64,000 nt of DNA from Bugula neritina (Eukaryota; Animalia; Bryozoa): assembly GCA_964035545.1 (NCBI GenBank), contig OZ037766.1, forward strand, positions 4,826,722-4,890,721. Reading direction: 5' to 3'. The position numbers and the translations under genes were made by a program. This document shows positions 63,390 through 64,000 of this stretch, in pieces (within the stretch, counting starts at the first letter, position 1; each line of letters starts with the position of its first letter). Under the pieces are notes generated by a model. It made no database searches and was not told the origin of the DNA. It saw only the letters and a list, made by a program, of their open reading frames with translations.

Positions 63390-64000
63390 TCAGTATGACT
63401 ATGAGTATTATAAAAATTAACTTTTTTATTCATAATATTAAATCTAAAGCATAAAAATAAGAGGAAATACTTGAAATTGTGAGCTAAAAAGAAAAAATAC
63501 ACTTACTTGTTGTAATTATCAATGATAATGATTATCATAGTCAAATTCATTGTAATTGTATCATTTATGCTTTATTTTATGCCCAAATCTAACAGTAAGA
63601 GCATGAGATTACTATCACTATCACTATGAGCATGATTATCATTATGGTGATTTAAATCAAAGTTAAATGAAACCAACAGTAACGATATATATAATTACAA
63701 AAATTATAAACATAAAGATAATTTCTAAAATAATAAATACAATAATTATAAATAGAATCAAAAAATCAAATATAATCCATAATAGTATTTATAATAATAA
63801 TATAATATAAACATATAATATATAATAATATTAATTCAAAATACATATCTATATTGATAGAACATTAAGTTTAACTGATTAACTATACAATTACATAGCT
63901 ATTTACTTAACTTATTACTAATACTTATTAGTTATTACTAATAGTAATACTAATACTATAAGTATAAGTAACTTAATAATAAGTATAAAATTTAGAGTGA
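63390..64000. repeat. 3/6-bp-periodic AT-rich low-complexity tract upstream of the PNP coding exons
   Basis: agtatc/agtatg/actatc/agtata/aatact hexamer runs; continues to the window edge. Confidence 0.65.

Overview
AT-rich, intron-containing animal (invertebrate) genomic DNA; the species cannot be determined from the sequence. Seven spliced protein-coding genes were assembled by hand with GT-AG boundaries and consistent intron phases: an SLC9B/NHA-type Na+/H+ exchanger (+, 5' end outside the window), a small secreted protein built from a coiled coil and a stand-alone Caspr/neurexin-IV-type fibrinogen-like domain (+), twisted gastrulation with a C-terminal DDEL tail (+), a BLVRB-like flavin reductase (+), two tandem and diverged ZNF800-like zinc-finger paralogues (-), and purine nucleoside phosphorylase (-). 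The most unusual structure is a 4.16-kb ISL2EU/Harbinger-type DNA transposon in an SLC9B intron. It has ~1.08-kb inverted arms; the left arm is an inverted copy of the element's own right end (including the last 20 transposase codons) and cuts through the THAP domain. Also present are a tRNA-derived SINE with a 10-bp TSD, a Kolobok-type MITE, many mini/microsatellites, and 3/6-bp-periodic tracts that recur at the 5' ends of five genes. Family assignments rest on motif recognition only; no searches were run.
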